Shown piece by piece: positions 12,850-26,400 of a stretch of DNA of 64,000 nucleotides. How positions within the stretch are numbered: the first letter of the stretch is position 1; each line of letters starts with the position of its first letter. Where the stretch lies: positions 1-64,000 of the forward strand of contig MCFE01000243.1 in NCBI GenBank assembly GCA_002104905.1. Direction: 5' to 3'. The position numbers and the translations under genes were made by a program. Source of the stretch: Basidiobolus meristosporus CBS 931.73 (taxonomy: Eukaryota > Fungi > Basidiobolomycota). The notes under the pieces are model-generated. The model searched no databases. It saw only the letters and a list, made by a program, of their open reading frames with translations, and was not told where the DNA came from.

Positions 12850-15800
12850 AAACCCTGTCAAGTCTTAGAAATTTATTTGGCAGTAAACTTAACAAAATGC
12901 CATTGTGATCCCATTATAAGATTATCAAGAGCGTCAGTAATTCCAAGCTACTGGCATTATGACAGTCTCCAAACAGGAAACTGGCAGCTGATCCAGATTG
13001 GATCCACCTGTGGGACCAAATTATTTTTCATAGGATGTACTTAACAAATCTCTGTTTCATCTTTTCTGCACTTTGAGTTACTCTGGCCTGTGGCCCTGAT
13101 ATCTTTGTTCCAACTACTTGTGTTTACTTGGCTGACTGACTTCATCTTCTGAGGCATCTGTAACTGTTGGTTGTGTGAGATCTCCTGGAATCCTTGATTC
13201 ACATCCATACACCAAGTAAAATGACAATAGTTGGGTAGGTGTTGTGTATTCTAACTCTGCCTGCAAAAAGTGCTTGGTCTATATACACTGCACACTTACT
13301 GACAGCACCATTTGCATAGTTGGTCAGCATTTCTCCAAGTAATCCATTTTACCACTCACTAACTCCATTAGTTCTGGAGTCATATGCCAAGGTTTTCAAG
13401 TGTTTGATCTACTGCATTTCCAGGCATGCTTCCAATGTCTTTGCCGTAAGGTTTGCTCCTCCATCAAATACAATCTCTATAGGGCATCCAAACTTCATAA
13501 GGATCTATTGGTAGAAGAAGCTTGCAACTTCTTGCTCACTGGCTACAAATACAGCTTTAGCAACTGGCCATTTAGTGGCATGGTCAGTTGCAACTTGGAT
13601 CCAACAGTTGCATTTCCTGGTGATTGGCATTCTTCCAATAAAGTCAATTTATCATCTCTCAAATGGTCTGACAGGCTCTAGGGAGAAGAGTTGGGCAATG
13701 CTCTGTGGTTGGCCTTGGTTGATTTGGTAATTAGGGCATGTTTTTGTTGAAATATTGGACTATTTGATATCATTCTGACAGCTAAAAACTTACTTAACAG
13801 TTCTGGACTAGTCTTGGTCACTGTGAGACTAATTTACAGCTCCAACTTTGCCACTTTCTTTCAGATCTATGATCTTATGATTATTCCCCTATAGTCAGGA
13901 TCAAATTAGCACTAATACTAACTATTATGTACTAACCCTGATACTGTTACAGAATGCTGCTGAATATTGAGAAACCCTCCTTACTTAGTTTTACAGCTGT
14001 ATTACTTCTACAAAGGTATAAATACTGAGCTTCTTTATTAAAAAACAACAGTTCAACTGTTATCACTATTTCTTGATAAGTTTCTTATATCCAAATCACT
14101 TCTTAAATTGCAACAGGTTATGAGCCCCAATTGCCTTAATCTATTCTAAAGATGACTTCTACCAGCATACAGAGCAACACAAACATCTTCCCTGTAAAGG
14201 AGAGGTTTGATGGAAAGAACTACAGACTTTGGGGAATCAAGATGCAGATCCACCTTGAGGAAAGGATGCTTTGGAATATAGTAACAGGAAAAAAAGTTGA
14301 GCGCAAAGGAACAGCAGAAGAAGTGGAGAAGTTTCAAGAGAAGGAGAGAAAGGCCTTTAATGCCGTATGTATCAATGTGCAAGATTCCTTCATTGGACAA
14401 ATCCATGCCAAAAATACTGCCAAAGCAGCATGGGAATCCTTAGAGAAGATCTTAGGCAAACTCAGTATCAGCAGCTTATTAGGATAAAGTCTTCAACATG
14501 AGAAGAACAGATGATACATGCAACTCACTACCAAAGTGAAGACACTTGCAGAAGAACTTTATAGTATTAATGCTGGTGTTGATGATGAAGAAAAGATACT
14601 CTGTCTGCTTTGCAGCCTACCAGACTAGTATGAGCTACTCATACTTTCCTTTAAAAGCAGAGAAGACAACTTCACTTCAGACTATGTCAAAGGAGGACTT
14701 CTCCATGAAGAACTCAGATGTAATGATCAAGCAGAGAAAATTGAAGGTAATGCTTTATTCAGTTCAGAAAGGCACTCAGAAAAGAAGGGAAAACAACAAA
14801 ACCAAAGAAAACCTGGTTGCTGCAACTATAGTAAAAAGCCAGGACACTGAGCAAGAGAATGCAAGAAGAAACAAGCAGATGAAAAACAGAAACTAGAGCA
14901 GGCAAACCATATAACTACTGATGAACAGTCATTTGTAACCGTACAAGAGAGTGCAAGTAACCAAAGTAATGAATGGTATATTGACTCTAGAGCATCACAG
15001 CATATTTGTGGTATAATGGAGTAGTTCAGCAATTTAAAAACTATTCTTGTGAGAAAAGTTTATCTAGGGGATAATTCTCCTCTGGAAGCTACTGCAAGTG
15101 GGTCTATACAACTAAATATGAGTAATAACTCAGGGGCAAATACAGCAAGACTCACTGACGTACTTTATGTACCTAGAATAGCTAAGAACTTACTCTCAGT
15201 CAGTGAAGCAACTGCTCAGGGACTGAAACTTGTTTTTACCAAGTTGAGCTGCGCAATATTGAGTGAGAATGGACAAAAATTAGCTTTGGGAATCAGAGAT
15301 CACAATATATACAAGTTACAATGCAAGATCATTGCACCTGAGTATATCAACATTGCTGAAACTGATGAAACCAACTGGGAGATGTGACATAGGAGGCTAG
15401 GACACATTGGGGAACAGAAAATGAGCCAATTGGTGAAAAATCAGCTTGTTTTGGGCCCAAAATACTCAATTCTAATCAGATTGAATGTTTGTAAGGGATG
15501 TTCATTTGGTAAATAGGCTAGGCAATGTTTCAAGAGCTCAGAAGGCATCAATACTGACAAAATATTGGCTATTGTACACTCAGACATATGTGGCCCCATG
15601 TGAACATTGTCCTTTGGAGCCAAGAGATACTTTATGACGTTTGATTGATGACAAAACAAGATATACATGGGTGTACTTCTTCAAAACAAAGAATGAAGCT
15701 TTAGAGACTTTTAAGCACTTCAAGAAGATGGCAGAAACACAAACTGGGTGTAAATTGAAGGTACTACAAAGTGACAATGGAGCAGAATACTGCTCAAAAG

Positions 15801-18800
15801 AGTTTGCAAAATACTGCTTGTCTACTGGTATACTTCAGCAGAACACAGTTCCTCATGCTCCACAGCAAAATGGAGTAGCAGAACATGCAAATAGAACAAT
15901 AGTAGAGACGGGAAGATCTATGCTACATGATGAAGGAGTGGACTATAAGTTTTGGGCTGAATCTGATGATGTATATCAAGAATAAATGCCCAACAACAGC
16001 ACTACATGATTCTACACCCTTTGAAGCATATACAGGCAAAAAACCAGATCTCCAGCAACTCAAGATCTTTGGCAGTGATGTTGTTTATCACATCCCTGAC
16101 AAAAAATGCTCAAAGTTGGAACCAAAGAGTAGGAAAGGGATCTTTCTTGGGTATTGTGAAGATACTAAAGGGTATAGAGTTTGTAATGGCAAAATTCAGA
16201 AGCTGATCAAGAGCAGGCATGTTGTATTTGAGGAGAATTCAGATCAGAAAGCCACAGAAATCATTGGCCACCTGCCTGATGGTGCAATCAACACAAATGA
16301 AGAAGATACATACCAAATCCAGCCAGATATGGAAGATACTTCTACCAGTTCCAGATCAGAGCAGATTATCCCAGTTAGGAGATCTACCAGATTAAGAAAT
16401 GCCCCTGGATCCTGGTAGCAGACATCCAATGATCATGAAGAAGCTTATCTTGCCTTATGTGCCAAACCTCAGAATCTGGAGCAGGCATTGCAAAGTCCAT
16501 ATGCTACTAAGTGGCAACAAGCCATACAGGAGGAGCACCAATCACTGATCAAGTCAAAAACATGGGAACTGGTAGATTTACCAAATGGGAGAAAGCCAAT
16601 AGGATGTAGATGGGTCTTCAAGATCAAGATAACCTCAAATGGTGCCATTGATAAGTACAGGCCTAGATTGGTGGCTAAAGGCTATTCCCAGATCCACAGA
16701 CTAGACTTTAAGGAAACATTTGCTCCAGTTGCCAAGTTTAACTCCATTAGAACAGTTCTAGCCCTGGCAGCTGTACACAGTCTAGATCTACACCAAATGG
16801 ACGTCAAAACAGCCTTTCTAAATGGGGATTTGCAAGAAACTGTATATATGGAGCAACCAGAAGGCTTTACCAATCCAAAAGTACCCCATAAGGAGTGCAA
16901 ACTTAGAAAATCACTGTATGGGCTTAAGCAGGCACCTAGAGCATGGTATAACAAGATTGACATATATCTAGAGGAAATTGGGTTCTCTTGTAGCACTGCA
17001 GATCACAGGATATATATGTGAAACAGCTCAAAAAGGGTGTGATCATCCTAGTTCTTTATGTGGATGACCTAATTATAGCTACAAGTGACCCAGAGGCACT
17101 TAAACAGACAAAATCAGATCTCTTCAGCAAGTTTGAGAAGAAAGATCTTGGAAAATTGAGCTATTTTCTTGGAATTGAGGTCAAATTTGACATACCTGCG
17201 CAGAAAATTGTGCTCAATGAGTCTAAGTACATCAGGGACATTCTTAGACAGTTCAAAATGGAAAATTGCAAACATGCAGCTACCCCTATAGACAACAACC
17301 TGAAATTAAGCAGATTGCAGCAAGTTATAGATGAAAACAGCTCAAATATGGACCAAAACTTTCCCTATCAATCAATGGTTGGTAGCCTAATGAACTTGGT
17401 GGTGTCTACACATCCAGATATGCAGTGGCAGTTGGAATAGTCAGTCAAATCATGCAGAATTATAGATCAGATCAAATTGCAGCAGTTAAGCGGATTTTCA
17501 GATATCTACAAGGTACCATAAATAAGGTGCTGGAATACTCTGGAGCTGCTAATAGGCAAAAATTTGATGGTTATAGTGATTCAGATTGGGGTAGGGATCT
17601 GATTGACAGTCGTTCTACCACTGGGTATGTATTTCTTTATGCTAGTGCGCTATTACTTGGAATTGCAAGAAACAACCAACTGTGGCACTATCTACAACTG
17701 AAGCCAAATATACAGCTGGATGTCAAGCAACTAAGGAGGCTATAGGGCTACAAAAATTACTCAAAGACTTAGGTTTTAATTCAGATGAACCAACATGTAT
17801 TTACAAGGATAATCAAAGTTATATTTCATTAGCTGGAAATCCTACTAACCGTGCCAGACCTAAGCACAATGATATACAGCATCACTATGCGAAGGGAAGC
17901 TGTAGAAAATAACTTAGTAGAGTTAGTGTACTGCCCAACTAACAAAATGGTGGCAGATATATTGAAAAGACCACTAGCTAGGCCACAATTTGAGAATCTC
18001 AGAGAGGAATTAGGATTAACAAATTACTTAGTTGAGGGGGAGTGTTGAAATATTGGACTATTTGGTATCCTTCTGCAGCTAAAAACTTACTTAACAGTTC
18101 TGGAATAGTCTAGGTCACTGTGGGACTAATTTACAGCTCTAACTTTGCCACTTTCTTCAGATCTATGATCTTATGATTATTCCCCTATAGTCAGGATCAA
18201 ATTAGCACTAATACTAACTATTATGAACTAACCCTGAAACTGTTACAGAATGCTCCTGAATATTGAGAAACCCTTCTTACTTAGTTCCACAGTTGTATTT
18301 CTTCTACAAAGGTATAAATACTGAGCTTCTTTATTAAAAAACAACAGTTCAACTATTATCACTACTTCTTGATAAGTTCCTTATGTCCAAATCACTTCTC
18401 AAATTGCAACAGTTTCTGCTAGGTTCTCAATATCTTGTGTCTTTCTGGGCCATCATGCTCTGGCTTTCATAAAGCTATAGGTTCCTTCATTTCCAAGATG
18501 TCCATATACATTGTGTAGCTTATATATTTTACTCAGGCAAGCAACATAAGGGCATTAGGAAATAGGGCTTCAATCAACAATTTGGTAGAGTGTCTCATCC
18601 TGTACCACACACTTGCTGACATCATCCCATATTATCTTCTAGACTGCTTGGTTCACCTCATTAGGAAAGATCTGATCTGCCAATGTACTTTGATAATAAG
18701 CTAGGCCAATCTGATTCATGCACTAAGTTTAGCTGTGCAACTTGCTCTAGTCTTGATAAAGCATCAGCAACTGTGTTGTTTTTCCCAGGGCAGTAAGCAA

Positions 18801-19697
18801 TCTCCTAGTCAAATTGCTAAATGTATACACTTCCTCTTGTCATTCTTCTGCATATTAACTTCTGAGTAAATATATACTTGAGTGAGACATGAGCAGTACT
18901 CACAGTTCACTTGATTCCTTCAATGTATCATCTCCAGGTCTTCAAGCAGTGTATTATGGCAAGCTTCTCCATCTCATGCACTGGATAGTTTTTTTCTGCT
19001 GAGTTTGAACTCTTGGACTCAAAAGCAACTTGATAGTCCTTTCCCTCATGTTCTTGGCTCAGTATTCCACCAAGTGCATAGTCTGAAGCATCTGTGCACA
19101 GAGTAAGCTCTATCTTCTGAAGTATGGGATTCTTAAGTTTAGCATCTTAGCAAGTTCATTCTTATGTGTCTAAAAGGAAGTCTCACAGGATATGTCCCAC
19201 TTTGAGGTGTTTCTTTTGAGAATATCATCCAAAGGGGCTGCAATATCTGCAAAGTACTTGATGGATCTCCAATTAATATGGCACCATTTCATGAAATGAT
19301 CCAAGCTCTGATATGCTATTGGGCTGCTTTGTATTCTTGCTGACTTTAACCTTCTTGGGGTCTAAGCTCACTCCTGTGCTAGTCACTATGTGTCCCAAGT
19401 ATTTAACTAGTTACTATAAGAGTTCACACTTTGTTAGCTATTATACAGCTTGTTCTCTCTTAGCTTCTGCAAGACCCTTTCAATGTGCACCAAGTGTTCC
19501 TCTTCTGTCTTGTTGTAGATCAATATGTTGTTTAGGTAGATTACACTAAAATTCTCTAATTATTCCCAGAAGACTGCTTGCATCAAGATCATGAATGTTG
19601 CAGGGGCATTGGTAAGGCTGAAATCATGACTAAGTGCTTGCAGTGCCCATATTTGGTTCTGAATGCTGTCTTAGGGATGTCTTCTAGTTTTACTCTG
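12850..19697 (-). mobile_element. Degenerate Ty3/Gypsy family 2 (RT, RNase H, integrase) split by copia copy A
   Basis: Minus-strand EDIPKTAFRTKYGH (~19640-19690); integrase core ILMKFGCP.EIVFDGG..RTNG (13250-13520); homologous to 29040-32575. Confidence 0.8.
13745..18411 (+). mobile_element. Ty1/copia copy A, full-length but decayed
   Basis: LTRs 13745-14115 and 18043-18411 differ at ~20 sites; TSD gtttt/gtttc; PBS ggttatgagccc; PPT gagggggag; gag-PR-INT-RT-RH order with many stops and frameshifts. Confidence 0.95.
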
Positions 19698-20160
19698 CTA
19701 GCTCCTGTAGCTTGTAGCATGTCACAAAAATGCATGGCACTATCTTGGTCCACTGGTACTATCTGGCACTATAATTGCTTTGTATAGATCTTACTCTAGG
19801 GCTAATAATTAAATATAGTGCCAGATAGTACCAGTGGACCAAGATAGTGCCATGCATTTTTGTGACATGCTACAAGCTACAGGAGCTAGATTCAGAGTGC
19901 CATGGGTATTGCATACCTAATGCATGTCTTCAGTTCTTCTGTGCTCTTTCACATCCTGCACAACATTGATCCACAACAAAACATCAAGAAATGGATTTTC
20001 TGCTACATCATAGGTGAAACACAGGGGCAGCTTTGCATGAAGATGCTGAGCTCTGTTTCACATTCTGTGGCCAAGTATAGGCTCATTTGGCCTCCCTGGC
20101 ACACTATGGCATCATTTGGCACTCATGGCTCAATGTGGCACTATCCAACGGAACAAGTCT
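19698..20160. mobile_element. Left-truncated foldback MITE of the PHIS family
   Basis: Inner arms 19698-19773 and 19814-19889 are inverted; right end ...ggaacaagtct|aat. Confidence 0.85.
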
Positions 20161-22621
20161 AATATCTCTGCTCTTGATCAACTTCTGATCTTTGCCATCA
20201 TACACTCTATACTCTTTGTTATCCTTTCAAAACCCAAGAAAGATCCCCATTCTACTTTTTAGCTCAAACTTTGAACATTTTTTGCCAGGGACATGTTAAA
20301 AAACCATTGCTGTCCAAAATCTTGCAATACTGGAGTTCTGGGTTTTTGCCTGTGTACACTTCAAAGGGCAAAAAAATATGTAGTGCTATTGTTGGGCATA
20401 TACTCTTCATGTATGCAGCAGCAGCAGCAGATTCAGTCCAAAACCTGTAGTCCATTCCCTTATCATGTAGCATGATCTTCCATATCTACTACTGCTCTAT
20501 TTGCACATTCTGCTACTCCATTCTGCTGTGGAGTACATGGAATATTGGTTCATGGAAGAATACTAGTAGATGAGTAATATTTTGCATACTCCTTTGAGCA
20601 GTATTCCCCTTCATTGTCACATCAAAGTACCTTCAATTTACACCCAGCTTGTGTTTCTGCCAAGTTCTTGAAGTGCTGAAATGTCTACAAGACTTCATCC
20701 CTTGCATTGAGGAAGTACACTGATGTATATCTTGTCTAATAATCTATGAGTGTCATAAAGTATCTCTTGGCTTCTAAGGATAGTGTTCTCATGGGTCCAC
20801 ATTATCTGAGTGCGCAATAGTCAATGCTTTGGTAGTTTTAATTTCTTATGAGTTCCTTAAGCATTGCCTTGCTTGTTTGCCATAGGAACATCCCTTACAG
20901 GTGTTCAATTTGATCAGAATTGAGTACTCTAGGCCCAAAACAAGCAGATTAACACTGATTGGCTCATTTGTGTTATGTCCTAGCCACCTATGCAATATCT
21001 TGCTGCTAGTTTCATCAATTTCAGCAATGTTTACATATTCAAGTACACTTGTCTTGCTTTGCAACTTGCATATATAGATATCACTTGTATTTAGCTCTAT
21101 AGAGCCACGGGCAGTATCCTTCAGTTGAGAGTTGTCTCCCATATAAACCTTTCTTACAAATACCCTTTGAGTTACTGATGCACTCCTTAATACTGAAAAT
21201 ATGCAGTAATGCTCCAGAGTCAATGTACCATTCATTACTTTGGTTACTTGCACTCTCTTGTTCAGTTGCAAAGTTTTGATTATCAGTGATGATATGGTTT
21301 GCCTGCTCTAGTTACTGTTTTTTGTCTGCTTGGTTCTTCTTGCATTTTCTGGCCCAATGTCCTGGCTTTGAACAGTGGCTACAGCAACAAGGTTTTCTTT
21401 GGTTTTGTCATTTTCCCTTCTTTTCTGTGTGCCTTTCTGAGCTTAACAAAGCATTACCATTGAATTTTCTCTGCTTGCTCATTATGTCTGGGTTTGCCAT
21501 GGAGAAGTCTTCCTTTGACTTATTCAAAAGTCGGATTGTCTTTTCTGCATTCATAAATGTGTATGTGTGGCTCATACTTCACTGGTAAGCTGATGGGCTG
21601 ACAGAGTCACTTTTCTTCATCATGTACACCAGCATTGATACTGCAAGGTTCTTCTGCAAGTCACTCTGCCTTAGTAATGATCTGTAGCATGTAATCATCT
21701 GGCTTCTTTTTCATGTTGAAGAAATTTTGTCTTATATAAAGCTTGCTTGGTATTGACCTTCCTCTAAAGGTCTTCTCCAAGGATTCCAATGCTGCTTTGG
21801 TAGTTTTAGGGGCATGAATTTGTCCAACAACCATATCTTGCACAGTGATATATATGGCATTAAAGGCTTTTCTCTCCTTATCTTGAAGCTTTTCCACTTC
21901 TTCTGCTGTTCCTTTAGGCTCAACTGCTCTTCCTGGTCCTATATTCCAAAGCTTTTTTTCTCAAGGTGGATGTGCATCTTGATTCACCAAAGCTTGTTGA
22001 TCTTCCCATCAAACCACTCCATGACATGTAACTTGTTTGTGTTGTTCTGTTTGCTGCCAGAAGTTGTCTTTAGATTTGATTAGGGCAATTGGTGCTCAAA
22101 ACCTGTTGCAATTTAGAAAGCAATTTTGGATATAAGAAAGAAGGGACTTGGATATAATTGACCAATCAAGAGATAGTGATAATAATTAAACTAATACTTA
22201 TTCAAAAAGAAGCTCAGTGTTTATAACATTGTAGAAGTAATAGAACTGTAACTGTTGAAATATTGGACTATTTGGTATCATTCAGCAGCTAAAAATTTAC
22301 TTAACAATTCTAGGCTAGTCTTAGTCACTGTAGGACTCATTTACTGCCTTTACTTCGCCACTTTCTCCAGATATATGATCTTATGATTATTCCCCTATAG
22401 TCAGGATCAAATTAGCACTATTACCAAACATTATGTACTAACCCTGAAACTGTTACAGAATGCTCCTGAATATTGAGAAACCCTCCCTACTTAGTGTTGC
22501 AGCTGTATTACTTCTACAAAGGTATAAATACTGAGCTTCTTTATGAATAAACAACAGTTCAACGATTATCACTATTTCTTGATAAGTTCCTTATATCCAA
22601 ATCACTTCTTAAATTGCAACA

Positions 22622-22633
22622 GGTTATGAGCCC
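22622..22633 (+). promoter_or_regulatory. Primer-binding site complementary to the tRNA-iMet anticodon stem-loop
   Basis: GGTTATGAGCCC is the reverse complement of GGGCUCAUAACC; same PBS at 14116-14127. Confidence 0.85.
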
Positions 22634-22657
22634 CGATTGCCTTAATCTATTCTAAAG

Positions 22658-23416
22658 ATGACTTCTACCAGCAAACAAAGCAATACCAACATCTTCCCTG
22701 TAAAGGAGAGGTTTGATGGGAAGAACTACAGACTTTGGAGAATCAAGATGCAGATCCACCTTGAGGAAAGAAAGCTTTGGAATATAGTAACAGGAAAGGA
22801 AGTTGAGCCCAAAGGAACAGCAGAAGATGTGGAGAAGTTTCAAGAGAAGGAGAGAAAGGCCTTCAATGCAATATGCATCAATGTGCAAGACTCCTTCATT
22901 GGACAAATCCATGCCTCAAATACTGCCAAAGCAGCATGGGAATCCTTGGAGAAGATCTTTAGAGCAAAGTCAGTATCAAGCAAGCTTTATTTGAAACGAA
23001 AGTTCTTCAACATGAGAAAAAAGCCAGATGATGACATGCTACAACTCATTACCAGAATGGAGACACTTGCAGAAGAACTTTACAGTATTAATGCTGGTGT
23101 AGATGATGAAGAAAAGATACTCTGTCTGCTTTGCAGCCTACCAGACAAGTATGAGCCACTCATACTTTCTTTTGAAAGCAGAGAAGACAACTTGACTTTA
23201 GACTATGTCAAAGGAAGACTTCTCCATGAAGAACTCAGACGTAATGACCAGCAGAGAAAATTGAAGATAATGCTTTATTCAGTTCAGAAAGGCATACAGA
23301 AAAGAAGGGAAAGTAACAAAACCGAAGAAAACCTGGCTGCTGTAACTACTGTAAGAAGCCAGGACACTGGGCAAGAGAATGCAAGAAGAAACAAGCAGAC
23401 AAAAAACAGAAACTAG
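22658..23416 (+). CDS. copia Gag (252 aa; last ~55 codons out of the ancestral frame after a 1-bp deletion at ~23249)
   Basis: FDGKNYRLW and LLCSLPDKYEPL (Retrotran_gag_2-like); copies A and B read caa-gca-gag where C has ca-gca-gag. Confidence 0.9.
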   Translation: MTSTSKQSNTNIFPVKERFDGKNYRLWRIKMQIHLEERKLWNIVTGKEVEPKGTAEDVEKFQEKERKAFNAICINVQDSFIGQIHASNTAKAAWESLEKIFRAKSVSSKLYLKRKFFNMRKKPDDDMLQLITRMETLAEELYSINAGVDDEEKILCLLCSLPDKYEPLILSFESREDNLTLDYVKGRLLHEELRRNDQQRKLKIMLYSVQKGIQKRRESNKTEENLAAVTTVRSQDTGQENARRNKQTKNRN

Positions 23417-26400
23417 AGCAGGCAAACCATATAACTACTGATGAACAGCTATTTGTCACTGTACAAGAGAGTGCAAGTAACCGAAGTAATGAATGGTATA
23501 TTGACTCTGGAGCATCACAGCATATTTGTGGTATAAAGGATTGGTTCAGCAACTTAAAGACTATTCCCGTAAGAAAGGTTTATCTGGGAGATAACTCTGC
23601 ATTGCAAGCTACCGCCAGTGGGTCCATACAACTAAATATGAGTGATAACTCAGGGGCAACAACAGCAAAACTGACTGACGTACTCTATGTACCTGGAATA
23701 GCTAAGAACCTACTCTCAGTCAGTAAAGCAACTACTCAGGGACTGAAATTTGTTTTTACTAAGCTGAGCTGCTCAATATTGAGTGAAAATGGACAAAAAT
23801 TAGCTTCGGGAATCAGAGATCACAATATATACAAGTTACAATGCAAGATCATTGTACCTGAGTATGTCAACATTGCTGAAACTGATGAAACCAACTGGGA
23901 GACGTGGCATAGGAGGCTAGGACACATAGGGGAACAGAAAATGAGCCAATTGGTGAAAAATCAGCTTGTTTTGGGCCTAAAATACTCAATTCCGATCAAA
24001 TTGAATGTTTGTAAAGGATGTTCATATGGCAAACAAGCTAGGCAACGTTTCAAGAGCTCAGAAGGCATCAATACCACCGAAATATTGGCTATTGTACACT
24101 CAGACATATGTGGCCCCATGAGAACACTGTCCTTTGGAGCCAAGAGATACTTTATGACGTTTATTGATGACAAGACAAGATATACATGGGTGTACTTCCT
24201 CAAAACAAAGGATGAAGCTTTAGAGACGTTTAAGCACTTCAAGAACATGGCAGAAACACAAACTGGGTGTAAATTGAAGGTACTACGAAGTGACAATGGA
24301 GGAGAATACTGCTCAAAGGAGTTTGCAAAATACTGCTTGTCTACTGGTATACTTCAACAGACCACAGTTCCTCATACTCCACAGCAAAATGGAGTAGCAG
24401 AACGTGCAAACAGAACAATAGTAGAGATGGGAAGATCTATGCTACATGATAAGGGAATGGACTACAAGTTTTGGGCTGAATCTGTTGCTACCGCTGTATA
24501 CATCAAGAACGGATGCCCAACAACAGCACTACGTGATTCTACACCCTTTGAAGCATATACAGGCAAAAAACCAGATCTCCAGCACCTCAGGATCTTTGGC
24601 AGTGATGTTTTTTATCACATCCCTGACAAAAAACGCTCAAAGTTGGAACCAAAGAGTAGAAAAGGGATCTTTCTTGGGTATTGTGAAGGTACTAAAGGGT
24701 ATAGAGTGTATGATGGCGAAATTCAGAAGCTGATCAAGAGCAGGGACGTTGTATTTGAGGAGAATTCAGATCAGAAAGCCACAGAAATCATTGGCCAGCT
24801 GCCTGATGATGCAATCAACACAAATGAAGAAGATACGTACCAAATCCAGCCAGAGATGGAAGATACTTCTACCAGTTCCAGATCAGAACAGATTATCCCA
24901 GTTAGGAGATCTACCAGAATAAGAAATGCCCCTGGATCCTGGTGGCAGACATCCAATGATCATGAAGAAGCTTATCTTGCCTTATGTGCCGAACCTCAGA
25001 ATCTGGAACAGGCAATGCAAGGTCCAGATGCTACTAAGTGGCAACAAGCCATGCAGGAGGAGTACCAATCACTGATCAAGGCAAAAACGTGGGAACTGGT
25101 AGATTTACCAAATGGGAGAAAGCCAATAGGATGTAGATGGGTCTATAAGATCAAGATAACCTCAAATGGTGCCGTTGATAAGTACAAGGCTAGATTGGTA
25201 GCTAAAGGCTATTCCCAGATCCAGGGACTAGACTTTAAGGAAACATTTGCTCCGGTTGCCAAGTTTAACTCTATTAGGACAGTTCTAGCCCTGGCAGCTG
25301 TACACAGTCTAGATCTACACCAAATGGACGTCAAAACAGCCTTTCTAAATGGGGATTTGCAAGAAACTATATATATGGAGCAACCAGAAGGTTTTACCGA
25401 TCCAAAAAGCCCCCATAAGGTGTGCAAACTTAGAAAATCGTTGTATGGGCTTAAGCAGGCACCCAGAGCATGGTATAACAAGATTGACACATATCTAGAG
25501 GAAATTGGGTTCTCTCGTAGCACTGCAGATCACAGTATATATGTGAAACAGCTCAAAAAGGGTGTGATCATCCTAGTTCTTTATGTGGACAACCTAATTA
25601 TAGCTACAAGTGATCAAGAGGCACTTAAACAGACGAAATCAGATCTCTTCAGCAAGTTTGAGATGAAAGATCTTGGAAAATTGAGCTATTTTCTTGGAAT
25701 TGAGGTCAAATTTGACATACCTACGCAGAAAATTGTGCTGAATCAGTCTAAGTACATCAGGGACATTCTTAGACGCTTCAAAATGGAAAATTGCAAACCT
25801 GCAGCAACCCCTATGGACAATAACCTGAAATTAAGCAAATCTCAGCCAGTTATGGATGAAAACGGCTCAAATATGGACCAAAACTTTCCCTATCAATCAA
25901 TGGTCGGTAGCCTAATGTACTTGATGGTGTCTACACGTCCAGATATTGCAGTAGGAGTTGGAATAGTCAGTCAATTCATGCAGAATTATGGATCAGATCA
26001 AATTGCAGCAGTTAAGCGGATTTTCAGATATCTACAAGGTACCATAAATATGGTACTGGAATACTCTGGAGCAGCTAATAGGCAAAAATTTGATGGTTAT
26101 AGTGATTCAGATTGGGGTAGAGATCTGATTGACAGACGCTCTACCACAGGCTATGTATTTCTTTATGCTGGTGCAGCTATTACTTGGAATTGCAAGAAAC
26201 AACCAACTGTGGCACTATCTACAACTGAAGCCAAATATATGGCTGCATGTCAAGCAACTAAGGAGGCTATATGGCTACGAAAATTATTCAAAGACTTAGG
26301 TTTTAATTCAGGTGAACCAACATGTATTTACAAGGATAATCAAAGTTGTATTTCATTAGCTAGAAATCCTACTAATCATGCCAGAACTAAGCACATTGAT

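Noticed and set aside
23240-23330. An intron removing both copia lesions
   Set aside because: The GTAATG donor with the nearby AGs I tried does not restore the pol frame, and there is no branch site or pyrimidine tract.
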